In this document: positions 17,073 through 26,329 of the stretch, piece by piece
How positions within the stretch are numbered: position 1 is the stretch's first letter
Layout: every line of letters begins with the position of its first letter
Source of the DNA: Pseudomonadota bacterium
GTDB taxonomy: Bacteria; Pseudomonadota; Gammaproteobacteria; Burkholderiales; JAJZQI01
Assembly: GCA_021851875.1 (NCBI GenBank)
Contig: JAJZQI010000007.1
Location: 27,800-91,799 of the forward strand
Length of the DNA: 64,000 nt
Direction: 5' to 3'
Notes under the pieces: model-generated
The model's input: the letters and a program-made list of their open reading frames with translations, nothing else
What the model was told of the DNA's origin: nothing
The model's database searches: none
Made by a program: the position numbers and the translations under genes

Positions 17073-20000
17073 ATGTTTGAGAAAATTCTGATTGCAAACC
17101 GCGGCGCGATTGCCTGCCGGGTGATCAAAACCGCACGCAAACTCGGCATCAAGACCGTTGCCGTGTATTCCGAAGCCGATGTGCATTCGCGGCATGTGGC
17201 GCTGGCGGACGAAGCCTGCTGCATCGGGCCGGCGCCGGCGGCCGAGTCCTACCTCAAGGCCGAGGTGATTCTGGAGGTGGCGTTAAAGCACGGCGTGCAG
17301 GCCATTCATCCGGGTTACGGCTTTCTGTCGGAAAACGCCGGTTTTGCCGAGCAGTGCGCCGCCAACGGTATAGCATTTGTCGGCCCGCAGCCGGATCAGA
17401 TGCGCGCTTTCGGCCTCAAACATACCGCCCGCGAACTGGCGGAGCAGAATGCCGTGCCGTTGCTGCCCGGCTCCGGCCTGCTGAGCGATGTCGGCCATGC
17501 CCAGGCCGAGGCTGCCCGCATCGGCTTTCCGGTGATGCTGAAAAGCACTGCCGGTGGCGGCGGCATCGGCATGCGTTTGTGCTGGAGCAGCGACGAACTG
17601 CAGGAGGCCTTCCAGTCGGTGGAACGGCTGGCGCGCGCCAACTTCAAGGATGCCGGCATCTTCCTGGAAAAATACGTCGAGCATGCCCGCCACATTGAGG
17701 TGCAGATTTTCGGCGATTCCAGGGGCCACGTAGTGGCGCTGGGCGAGCGCGACTGCTCGGTACAGCGCCGCAACCAGAAGGTAATCGAGGAAACCCCGGC
17801 CCCCGGTCTGACCGACGAGCAGCGCGAGCGTCTGCTGGCAACTGCAGTCAAACTGGGGCAGGCGGTCGGCTATCGCAATGCCGGTACGGTCGAGTTCGTT
17901 TACGATACCCGGACCGGCGAATTCTACTTTCTGGAAGTGAATACCCGCTTGCAGGTGGAACACGGTGTGACCGAGGAGGTGACCGGTGTCGATCTGGTGG
18001 AGTGGATGTTCAGGGAAGCCGCCGGCGAACTGGATTTGTCCGGCTGGCAGGCTGAACCGAAAGGCGCGTCCATCCAGGTGCGCCTGTACGCGGAAGACCC
18101 CGGCAAGAATTTCCAGCCCTCTGCCGGTACGCTGACCGAAGTGCAGTTCAACCCGGCCTGCCGGGTGGAAACCTGGGTGGAACGCGGCAGCGACATCCCG
18201 CCGTATTACGACCCGCTGGTGGCCAAGCTGATTGTTTACGGCAAGGATCGTTCTGAGGCACTGAAAAACATGCTGGCGACACTGGACAATACCCGCGTGG
18301 CCGGCATCGAAACCAACCTCGATTACCTGCGCCAGGTGATTGCCGACAGCGTATTCCGCGAAGGCCGTCAGACCACTCGATATCTGAATAGCTTCCACTT
18401 TCACCCCGCCACCATCGAGGTGCTGGAGCCGGGCGTGCAAAGCAGCGTGCAGGACTGGCCGGGCCGCACGGGCTTCTGGGACGTCGGCGTGCCGCCGTCC
18501 GGCCCGATGGATCACCTGGCTTTCCGTACCGCCAACAAGCTGGCGGGTAATGCCGAAGGCGTGGCCGGGCTGGAGCTGACCGTGGCCGGGCCGAGTTTGC
18601 GCTTTAACGTCGACTCGGTGATCGCGCTGGCAGGCGCCGACATGGGGGCGGAACTGGACGGCGTGCCGTTGGCCAACTGGACGGCGCATGTGGTCAAAGC
18701 GGGCGCCATGCTGCGTATGGGCGCCATCAAGGGCGCCGGCTGCCGGGCTTATCTGGCGGTGCAGGGCGGTTTTGCCGTGCCCGATTACCTGGGCAGTAAA
18801 TCCACCTTTACCCTCGGTCAGTTCGGCGGTCATGCCGGCCGCACCCTGCGCACCGGCGACGTGCTGCATATCAGCGAACACAGCGATACCGGCCGTATGG
18901 CTCAGCTGGCGGCAGCCAATATGCCGGTCTACCGCCGCAACTGGGAAATCGGCGTGCTGTACGGCCCGCACGGCGCGCCGGATTTCTTCACTCCGGCCGA
19001 CATCGACATGTTCTTCTCCACCGACTGGGAAGTGCACTACAACTCCAGCCGCACCGGGGTGCGCCTGATCGGCCCGAAACCGGAGTGGGCGCGTACTGAC
19101 GGCGGGGAGGCCGGTCTGCACCCGTCCAACATCCATGACAACGCTTATGCCATCGGCGCAGTGGACTTCACCGGCGACATGCCGGTGATTCTGGGGCCGG
19201 ACGGTCCCAGCCTGGGCGGTTTCGTCTGCCCGGCCACCATCGTGCAGGCCGAACTGTGGAAAATGGGCCAGCTGCGCCCCGGCGACACCGTGCGCTTCAA
19301 GCGGCTGAGTCAAAATGATGCGGTGAAGATGGAGCAGGCGCAGAACAGCGCCGTGACAAGTCTGGCTGCCGCCGTTTCGCCCGCTTTGCCGCAGACCGTT
19401 ACTGATCTGGCCGAGCCCGTGTTGCTGAGCCAGCCGGGCGAGGGCGACAAGGTGGCGGTGGTGTACCGTCGTGCCGGCGACAAATACCTGCTGGTGGAAT
19501 ACGGCCCATTGGTGCTGGATCTGAACCTGCGTTTCCGCGTGCATGCCCTGATGACCTGGCTGCAGCAGCAAAATACGACCGGCATTTTTGATCTGACACC
19601 GGGCATCCGCTCCCTGCAGGTGCATTACGACTCCCAGCAATTACCTTTGGATACCCTGCTGGCGCTGCTGCAGCAAGGGGAAAGCGAGCTGCCCGCCATC
19701 GAAGACATGCAGGTGCCCACCCGTATCGTGCATCTGCCGCTGTCGTGGGACGATGCCGCCACCCGTCTGGCGATCGAAAAGTACATGCAATCGGTGCGCA
19801 AGGACGCGCCGTGGTGCCCGAGCAATATCGAGTTCATCCGCCGCATCAACGGGCTGGACGACATCGAGGCGGTGAAGAAGATCGTTTTCGATGCCAGCTA
19901 TCTGGTGATGGGTCTGGGCGACGTGTACCTGGGCGCGCCGGTGGCCACCCCGGTTGATCCGAGACATAGATTGGTCACCACCAAATACAACCCGGCCCGC

Positions 20001-20681
20001 ACCTGGACGCCGGAAAACGCCGTGGGCATCGGCGGCGCCTACATGTGCGTGTACGGCATGGAAGGCCCTGGCGGCTACCAGTTTGTCGGTCGTACCCTGC
20101 AAATGTGGAACCGTTGGCGCCAGACGGCCGACTTTGTTGATGGTAAGCCATGGCTGCTGCGCTTCTTCGACCAGATCCGCTTTTACCCGGTGTCTGAGGC
20201 CGAACTGCTGAAAATCCGCGAGGACTTCCCGCTCGGGCGCTTTAAGTTGAAAGTCGAAGAAGCGATGTTCAGCTTGAAGGACTACAACTCCTTCCTGCGC
20301 GACAACGCCGAATCCATCGGCGCATTCAAGACCACCCAGCAGGCTTCGTTCGATGCCGAGCGCGAGCGCTGGATCGCCAGTGGCCAGGCGGATTACGCCA
20401 GCGACGCCGGTGTGGCGGCCGCCGGGCCGGACAGCGAGCTGGATCTGCCGCCCAACGGACGGGCGTTGGCCACCCATGTGGCCGGTAACGTATGGAAGAT
20501 CGAGGTGGAAGAGGGCGCCCAGGTCAAAGCCGGCGATCCCCTGATCATCGTCGAGTCGATGAAAATGGAAATTCCCGTTACCGCGCCTTGCGACGGTGTT
20601 GTTTATAAATTGTTCTGTCGCGAGGGCGGGCAGGTGAGTGCCGGGCAGGATCTGCTGGTGCTGGTGGAGGAAGGAGACTGA
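17073..20681 (+). CDS. Urea/guanidine carboxylase (biotin-dependent, ATP-hydrolysing)
   Basis: Track ORF trimmed to ATG 17073 ([25 protein letters not shown], a biotin carboxylase N-terminus). ATP-grasp core, central KipA/KipI-like carboxyltransferase region, and C-terminal biotinylation motif IVESMKMEI. 1202 aa. Confidence 0.95.
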   Translation: MFEKILIANRGAIACRVIKTARKLGIKTVAVYSEADVHSRHVALADEACCIGPAPAAESYLKAEVILEVALKHGVQAIHPGYGFLSENAGFAEQCAANGIAFVGPQPDQMRAFGLKHTARELAEQNAVPLLPGSGLLSDVGHAQAEAARIGFPVMLKSTAGGGGIGMRLCWSSDELQEAFQSVERLARANFKDAGIFLEKYVEHARHIEVQIFGDSRGHVVALGERDCSVQRRNQKVIEETPAPGLTDEQRERLLATAVKLGQAVGYRNAGTVEFVYDTRTGEFYFLEVNTRLQVEHGVTEEVTGVDLVEWMFREAAGELDLSGWQAEPKGASIQVRLYAEDPGKNFQPSAGTLTEVQFNPACRVETWVERGSDIPPYYDPLVAKLIVYGKDRSEALKNMLATLDNTRVAGIETNLDYLRQVIADSVFREGRQTTRYLNSFHFHPATIEVLEPGVQSSVQDWPGRTGFWDVGVPPSGPMDHLAFRTANKLAGNAEGVAGLELTVAGPSLRFNVDSVIALAGADMGAELDGVPLANWTAHVVKAGAMLRMGAIKGAGCRAYLAVQGGFAVPDYLGSKSTFTLGQFGGHAGRTLRTGDVLHISEHSDTGRMAQLAAANMPVYRRNWEIGVLYGPHGAPDFFTPADIDMFFSTDWEVHYNSSRTGVRLIGPKPEWARTDGGEAGLHPSNIHDNAYAIGAVDFTGDMPVILGPDGPSLGGFVCPATIVQAELWKMGQLRPGDTVRFKRLSQNDAVKMEQAQNSAVTSLAAAVSPALPQTVTDLAEPVLLSQPGEGDKVAVVYRRAGDKYLLVEYGPLVLDLNLRFRVHALMTWLQQQNTTGIFDLTPGIRSLQVHYDSQQLPLDTLLALLQQGESELPAIEDMQVPTRIVHLPLSWDDAATRLAIEKYMQSVRKDAPWCPSNIEFIRRINGLDDIEAVKKIVFDASYLVMGLGDVYLGAPVATPVDPRHRLVTTKYNPARTWTPENAVGIGGAYMCVYGMEGPGGYQFVGRTLQMWNRWRQTADFVDGKPWLLRFFDQIRFYPVSEAELLKIREDFPLGRFKLKVEEAMFSLKDYNSFLRDNAESIGAFKTTQQASFDAERERWIASGQADYASDAGVAAAGPDSELDLPPNGRALATHVAGNVWKIEVEEGAQVKAGDPLIIVESMKMEIPVTAPCDGVVYKLFCREGGQVSAGQDLLVLVEEGD

Positions 20682-20682
20682 T

Positions 20683-22473
20683 ATGCTGGATATGACCATA
20701 GCCGGCTTGCGCCAGCGTTATCTCGCCGGCGAATTGACCCCGCTGGGCCTGATCGAACAACTGCTGCCGCGTCTGCAAGCAGAAGACAGCCACCGCATCT
20801 GGATTCACCGGCTGGATGCGGATGCCTTGCGCGCCTATGCCAAGGCGCTGGAGGGTAAAAAACCGGAAGAATTGCCGCTGTACGGCATTCCCTTCGCCAT
20901 CAAGGACAATATCGATCTGGCCGGGGTGCCCACCACGGCCGCCTGCCCCGAGTTTGCCTATACTCCCGCCGAATCGGCCCACGTGGTACAAAAGCTGATC
21001 GAAGCCGGTGCCATTCCGCTGGGCAAGACCAATCTGGATCAGTTCGCTACCGGTCTCAATGGCACCCGCTCGCCTTACGGTGCCTGCCGCAACAGCTTCA
21101 ATCCGGACTATATCTCCGGCGGTTCCAGTTCCGGCTCTTCCGTGTCCGTGGCACTGGGGCTGGCCAGTTTCAGCCTGGGCACGGACACTGCCGGTTCCGG
21201 CCGCGTGCCGGCCTCGTTCAATAATCTGGTCGGCCACAAACCGACCTGCGGGGCGTTGTCCACTCGTGGCGTGGTGCCGGCTTGCCGCTCGCTCGACCAG
21301 GTGTCGATTTTCGCGCTCACCACCAACGATGTCGAAACCGTGCTCTCGGTAGCAGCCGATTACGACGAAGCCGACCCGTATGCCCGTCCGTTGGCGCCGC
21401 ACGGTTTCGATTTCGGCCGGGCCACATCATTCCGTTTCGGCGTGCCGCGCGAACAGGATCTGGCATTCTTTGATAATCCGGACACCCCGGCGCTGTTCCG
21501 TCAGGCTGTCGAGCGCTTGCAGGCACTGGGCGGCACGCCGGTGGAATTTGATCTGCAACCCTTTCTGGAAACCGCCCGTCTGCTGTACGACGGACCCTGG
21601 GTAGCCGAGCGCTACCAGGCCATCCGTGAATTTTTCGATGCCCATGCGGACGTGGTGTTTCCGCCCACACGCGAGATCACTGCCAAGGGCAAATTGCCCC
21701 TTGCCGCCGATGCCTTTGCCGGCCAGTACCGCTTGAAGGAACTTGGGCAGGTTTGCAGCAAGATCTGGCAGGAAGTGGATTTCTTCGTCACGCCGACGGC
21801 CGGAACGATTTATACCGTAGCCGAAATGCAGGCCGACCCGATCCGGCTCAACAGCAACCTGGGCTACTACACCAATTTCATGAACCTGCTGGACTTGTCC
21901 GCCACCGCGGTGCCGACCGGCTACATGAGCAACGGCTTGCCGTTTGGCGTGACGCTGGTGGCACAGGCGCATCAGGATGCGCCGCTGCTGCACCTTTCCG
22001 CCCGCATGCAGCAGGTGCTGGGTGGCAAGGTCGGCGCGACCGATATTCCCCTGCCGCAGCAGCCGGCGCAAAACCTGCTGCCTTCCGGACAGCTCCGGGT
22101 GGCGGTAGTGGGCGCCCACTTGTCCGGTTTGCCGCTTAACGGCCAGCTTACCAGCCGCAACGGGCGTCTGGTTTCGGCGACCAAAACGGCACCCATCTAT
22201 CGCTTCTATGTCCTGTCGGACGGTAAACGTCCGGGTTTGATCCGTGTTGCACAAGATGGCGTGTCGGTCGACTGCGAAGTGTGGGAGTTGCCGGCCAGCG
22301 AATTCGGCAGCTTTGTGGCGGGTATTCCTGCACCGCTGGGCATCGGTCAGGTGGAGCTGGCCGATGGCAGTCGCGTCAGCGGCTTTATCTGCGAGCCGAT
22401 TGGTGTCGAAGGCGCGCGTGACATCAGCGAATTCGGCGGCTGGCGCGCCTGGCTGCACGAGATTTATAACTAA
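20683..22473 (+). CDS. Allophanate hydrolase (amidase-signature family)
   Basis: Track ORF trimmed to ATG 20683, 2 nt after the carboxylase stop. Amidase signature ...YISGGSSSGSSVSVA...GTDTAGSGRVPA. C-terminal AtzF-type domain. 596 aa. Confidence 0.9.
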   Translation: MLDMTIAGLRQRYLAGELTPLGLIEQLLPRLQAEDSHRIWIHRLDADALRAYAKALEGKKPEELPLYGIPFAIKDNIDLAGVPTTAACPEFAYTPAESAHVVQKLIEAGAIPLGKTNLDQFATGLNGTRSPYGACRNSFNPDYISGGSSSGSSVSVALGLASFSLGTDTAGSGRVPASFNNLVGHKPTCGALSTRGVVPACRSLDQVSIFALTTNDVETVLSVAADYDEADPYARPLAPHGFDFGRATSFRFGVPREQDLAFFDNPDTPALFRQAVERLQALGGTPVEFDLQPFLETARLLYDGPWVAERYQAIREFFDAHADVVFPPTREITAKGKLPLAADAFAGQYRLKELGQVCSKIWQEVDFFVTPTAGTIYTVAEMQADPIRLNSNLGYYTNFMNLLDLSATAVPTGYMSNGLPFGVTLVAQAHQDAPLLHLSARMQQVLGGKVGATDIPLPQQPAQNLLPSGQLRVAVVGAHLSGLPLNGQLTSRNGRLVSATKTAPIYRFYVLSDGKRPGLIRVAQDGVSVDCEVWELPASEFGSFVAGIPAPLGIGQVELADGSRVSGFICEPIGVEGARDISEFGGWRAWLHEIYN

Positions 22474-22558
22474 AACTAACAATTAATAAAACTATACTTT
22501 CACTAAATGCAAAATTTAGGTATATTCCTAGGGGGATAGTGTAAAAGAAACGACTGTT

Positions 22559-24013
22559 ATGCAAATATCCAAAGAAGAATTGATTGCCGTTCTGGCACAA
22601 TTCAACCCCTGGTGGCGAGGGGAAGCCATCGCCGATTTGCCAGGTTGGCGGCGGGCGGCTTTCCGCGAGCTGCATAGCTGGATGACGGCGCCCCCCGCAC
22701 CACGGGCAGTTCTGCTCTCCGGGGCGCGGCAAATTGGCAAAACGACACTGATGCTGCAGGCGGCGGATGCGCTGCTGAAGGCGGGTGTGCCCCCTGCCAA
22801 TATTCTTTACGCTACGTTCGATCACCCCATTCTCAAAATGGCGGGTATCGATGCAGTACTGGCCGCCTGGCGGGAGCGAGAGCCGCAAGCCCCAGGGCAG
22901 GAGTTTCTGTTTCTGGACGAAGCGCAATTCATCCGTGACTGGGGAACCTGGGTCAAGCACCAGACCGATTTCCAGAAAAACCGCCGCATTGCCTTTACCG
23001 GTTCGGCCATGCCTTTGCTCGAAGAAGGGCAGGAGTCCGGCGTCGGGCGTTGGCATACCATCCGCCTCACTACCCTCTCATTCTATGAATACCTGCAAAT
23101 CAAACAGCTTACGTTACCCGCTTTGCCGCGCATGAAGTCGCTGCGTGACCTGTTCGACTGGTCACAGGCAGAGTTCTATCGTACCGCCGAAATCGCCTCG
23201 CCTTATATCGGTCACTTTCATGAATATCTGATTCGGGGTGGTTTTCCTCAGACCGCTCAGGTTGAAAGCATTACCCAGGCCCAGCGCCTGCTGCGCGAAG
23301 ACATTATCGACAAAGTGCTCAAGCGCGACATGACAGCGCTCTTTGGCGTCCGTCGCGTGCTTGAACTGGAGCATACGTTTCTCTATTTATGCATGCATGA
23401 CGGCGGATTGCTCGATATGACTGACTTGTGCGCCAATCTGGAAGTAAAGCGACCAACTGCGCAGCACTTCATCGAGCTGCTGGAAGCCACTCATCTGATC
23501 TATCGCCTGCCTCCCTACGGCTATGGCAAGGACATTCTGCGCGCCCGCTTTAAAATCTATCTGGCTGACGCAGCCATTGCGCCAGCCGTCATGCTCAAGG
23601 GCAAATCGCTGCTGGAAGACCCTGCGGCGCTGGGTGTGGCGACGGAAACAGCGGTATTCAAGCATTTATTCGCCCGTTATTACGCCCAGAACGTGCGCTT
23701 TAGCTACTGGCGCGGCAAAAAAGACCGTGAAGTGGATCTGGTGGCCGAAGTCGGCAGCCAGACCATACCGTTTGAAGTGAAATACCGCACCCAGCACACA
23801 GGCGCACGTGAACTGAAAGGCCTGATCGAACTGCTGGAGCAAAAGCGCCTGTCGCGCGGTTATGTCATCACCAAGGAATTGAACGATTTTGGTCTCTTGC
23901 CCGGCGTGCCGCAGCAAAGCGATGTGCCCGCGCAAATCATGCGTATACCGGCAGCCCTGCTGTGCTACTGGATGGGCGCATCAGAAATCGATATGGCAGA
24001 GGACATGGGTTAA
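22559..24013 (+). CDS. AAA-family ATPase with DUF4143-type C-terminal domain
   Basis: 484 aa. N-terminal ...FNPWWRG, Walker A GARQIGKTT, Walker B FLFLDEAQ. The C-terminal region is typical of AAA_14/DUF4143 proteins. Preceded by an AT-rich 85-bp spacer. Confidence 0.8.
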   Translation: MQISKEELIAVLAQFNPWWRGEAIADLPGWRRAAFRELHSWMTAPPAPRAVLLSGARQIGKTTLMLQAADALLKAGVPPANILYATFDHPILKMAGIDAVLAAWREREPQAPGQEFLFLDEAQFIRDWGTWVKHQTDFQKNRRIAFTGSAMPLLEEGQESGVGRWHTIRLTTLSFYEYLQIKQLTLPALPRMKSLRDLFDWSQAEFYRTAEIASPYIGHFHEYLIRGGFPQTAQVESITQAQRLLREDIIDKVLKRDMTALFGVRRVLELEHTFLYLCMHDGGLLDMTDLCANLEVKRPTAQHFIELLEATHLIYRLPPYGYGKDILRARFKIYLADAAIAPAVMLKGKSLLEDPAALGVATETAVFKHLFARYYAQNVRFSYWRGKKDREVDLVAEVGSQTIPFEVKYRTQHTGARELKGLIELLEQKRLSRGYVITKELNDFGLLPGVPQQSDVPAQIMRIPAALLCYWMGASEIDMAEDMG

Positions 24014-24113
24014 TCACGGTCCGGCTCACCCCATGAGCCACTGCCGAACTATGCTGCACAAAGCCAGGCACTGCCTGTAGAATGATTCTCAGAAAAAAGA
24101 ATGATCGCCCGTT

Positions 24114-25793
24114 ATGCCCACACTCAACTGGATCGGTAAAGAAGCTGTAGTCAAACACCACAAGGATGTGCCCTTCCGCCTGCTGGAACCTGTGCCGGAG
24201 CTGTCCTGTGGCGCTGTTCAGGGTAAAGACTCCGGCAACCTCATCGTGCAGGGCGACAACCTGCACGCGCTCAAGGCGCTGCTGCCTCGCTACGCCGGCC
24301 AGGTGAAGTGTATCTACATCGACCCGCCGTACAACACCGGCAACGAAGGCTGGGTGTACAACGACAATGTCAACAGCCCGGAGATTCGCCGCTGGCTGGG
24401 CGAGGTGGTCGGCAAGGAAGGCGAGACGCTGGACCGGCACGACCGCTGGCTGTGCATGATGTACCCGCGTCTGGTGTTGCTGAAGCAGTTTCTGCGCGAG
24501 GATGGGGCGATTTTCGTGTCCATCGACGACAACGAGGTGGCGACGCTGCGGTTGTTGATGGATGAGGTTTTCGGGGCTTCCAATTTCGTTGCCAGCAACG
24601 TCTGGCAGAAGCGTTATTCGCGCGAAAACCGTGGTGCCATTGGCGATGTGCACGAATATCTTGTGGTCTATGCCAAGAATCCAGCCTTGTTTCAGGAGGT
24701 TCGCAATCGCGTACCGATCGATGAAAAGCAAGCGGCGGTTTACAGAAACCCGAACGACGATCCTAAAGGTCGATGGCGTGGCATTCCCATGACAGCGCAG
24801 GGCTTTCGACCGAACCAGATGTATGAGATCGAGACACCTAGCGGCAAAAAAGTGAAGCCCCCAGAGGGACGCTGTTGGTCCACAATTGAGAGCGAATACC
24901 TCAAGCTCCGGGCAGAAGGTCGAATCTATTTTGGCAAGAATGGCGACTCCCAGCCAAGCGTCATTCGCTACCTCTCGGAAGTGGAAGGTTTCGTTCCATG
25001 GACATGGTGGCCTCACGAAGAAGTTGGCCACACGGACGAGGCACGAAAGGAAATACAGAGTCTGTTCGGAACGCAAACAGCATTCGATACACCCAAGCCG
25101 ACACGCCTGATCCAACGAGTCATTCAGATTGTGACCAAGCCAGGCGAGTTGATCCTAGACAGCTTCGCGGGTTCCGGCACCACCGGCCATGCCGTGCTGA
25201 AACAGAACGCCGAAGACGGCGGCAACCGCCGCTTTATCCTTGTCGAAATGGACGAAAACATCGCTCAAAACGTCACCCGTGAGCGGGTCAAACGTGTGGC
25301 GGAAGGCTACACCAACGCCAAAGGTCAGGTTGTCGAAGGTCTCGGCGGCGGCTTCCAGTTCTGTCGTTTATCCAAAGAACCGTTGTTCGACGCCGACGGT
25401 CAAATCCGCCGCGATGTGAAATTTGCGCAACTGGCCGAATTTGTCTGGTTTGCCGAAACCGGCACGGGCTATCAAATTCCCCCCAGCCCCCCTTTGACAA
25501 AGGGGGGAGCGAATGGCGAGGCGGATCAGGCTTCCCCCTTTGAAAAAGGGGGAGTGAGGGGGATTTCGCCGCTGCTGGGCATCCACGAGGGCCGCGCGAT
25601 TTACCTGCTTTACAACGGCATTCTCAAGGACCGTACCGTCGCCGGCGGCAACGTGCTCACCGGCCCGGTGTTCGATGTGCTGCCCAAGTTCGGCGGCCAG
25701 AAAGTGATCTACGCCGCCGCCAACCGCCTGGGTGCGCGCACGGCACGGGAAGGTATTACGTTTAAACAAACACCTTATGCGCTGGAGGTTTAG
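24114..25793 (+). CDS. mod: Type III restriction-modification DNA methyltransferase (Mod, beta-class N6/N4)
   Basis: 559 aa. Motif IV IYIDPPYNTG is N-terminal, the central variable region follows, and motif I DSFAGSGTTGHAV is C-terminal. This is the beta-class motif order of Type III Mod. Confidence 0.9.
   Translation: MPTLNWIGKEAVVKHHKDVPFRLLEPVPELSCGAVQGKDSGNLIVQGDNLHALKALLPRYAGQVKCIYIDPPYNTGNEGWVYNDNVNSPEIRRWLGEVVGKEGETLDRHDRWLCMMYPRLVLLKQFLREDGAIFVSIDDNEVATLRLLMDEVFGASNFVASNVWQKRYSRENRGAIGDVHEYLVVYAKNPALFQEVRNRVPIDEKQAAVYRNPNDDPKGRWRGIPMTAQGFRPNQMYEIETPSGKKVKPPEGRCWSTIESEYLKLRAEGRIYFGKNGDSQPSVIRYLSEVEGFVPWTWWPHEEVGHTDEARKEIQSLFGTQTAFDTPKPTRLIQRVIQIVTKPGELILDSFAGSGTTGHAVLKQNAEDGGNRRFILVEMDENIAQNVTRERVKRVAEGYTNAKGQVVEGLGGGFQFCRLSKEPLFDADGQIRRDVKFAQLAEFVWFAETGTGYQIPPSPPLTKGGANGEADQASPFEKGGVRGISPLLGIHEGRAIYLLYNGILKDRTVAGGNVLTGPVFDVLPKFGGQKVIYAAANRLGARTAREGITFKQTPYALEV
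25478..25566. repeat. Tandem REP-like hairpin repeat embedded in frame in mod
   Basis: CCCCCCTTTGACAAAGGGGGG (25487-25507) and TCCCCCTTTGAAAAAGGGGGA (25533-25553) are two copies of one roughly 25-bp palindromic unit. They encode ...PPSPPLTKGGANGEADQASPFEKGGVRGIS... without breaking the reading frame. Confidence 0.65.
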
Positions 25794-25795
25794 CC

Positions 25796-26065
25796 ATGCC
25801 GACAATCAGCATGTTCTACGGTATTCTGGTCGCAATGTATGTGCTCGATACTGACCGTCATCACCATCCGCACATTCACGTGCGCTACAACGAATTCAAG
25901 GCCGTTATTCAGATTCCCGACGGGGAGTTGCTGGATGGCGAATTGCCGGGGCGGCAAATGAAATTGCTGCAAGCCTGGCTGGAGATTCACCGCGATGAGC
26001 TGATGGCTGACTGGCATCTGGCCAGCACCGGGCAGACGCCGTTCAAGATTGACCCCTTGCGTTGA
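25796..26065 (+). CDS. DUF4160 domain protein
   Basis: 89 aa. MPTISMFYGILVAMYVLDTDRHHHPHIHVRY... is the characteristic DUF4160 N-terminus. Starts 2 nt after the mod stop. Confidence 0.8.
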   Translation: MPTISMFYGILVAMYVLDTDRHHHPHIHVRYNEFKAVIQIPDGELLDGELPGRQMKLLQAWLEIHRDELMADWHLASTGQTPFKIDPLR

Positions 26066-26077
26066 AGGAGGACAGCG

Positions 26078-26329
26078 ATGACGCCCGATGTGATTCTGGT
26101 TCGGCCTTTACCTGACTACACCTTGTTGGCGCAGTTCGCTACCGGTGAATGGCGCAGTTTCGATATGCGCGGTTTGCTGCAATACCCGGCATTTGCACCC
26201 TTGCAAGACCCGGCGCTGTTTCAGCGCGCTCATGTGCTGCACGGTACGGTGGCATGGACGGACGAGATCGACCTGTCGCCTGATACCTTGTATCTGCGCG
26301 GAGAGCCGGTGGAAGGAGTAGTGGCATGA
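26078..26329 (+). CDS. DUF2442 domain protein
   Basis: 83 aa. This family usually partners DUF4160. The stop overlaps the res ATG (ATGA). Confidence 0.75.
   Translation: MTPDVILVRPLPDYTLLAQFATGEWRSFDMRGLLQYPAFAPLQDPALFQRAHVLHGTVAWTDEIDLSPDTLYLRGEPVEGVVA

Noticed and set aside
23937-25115. Long antisense or alternative-frame ORFs inside the defence block: 23937-25115(-), 26581-27783(-), 31214-32803(-) and 33317-33883(-).
   Set aside because: They overlap mod, res and jetC, which have unambiguous catalytic motifs. The antisense products have no recognisable features.
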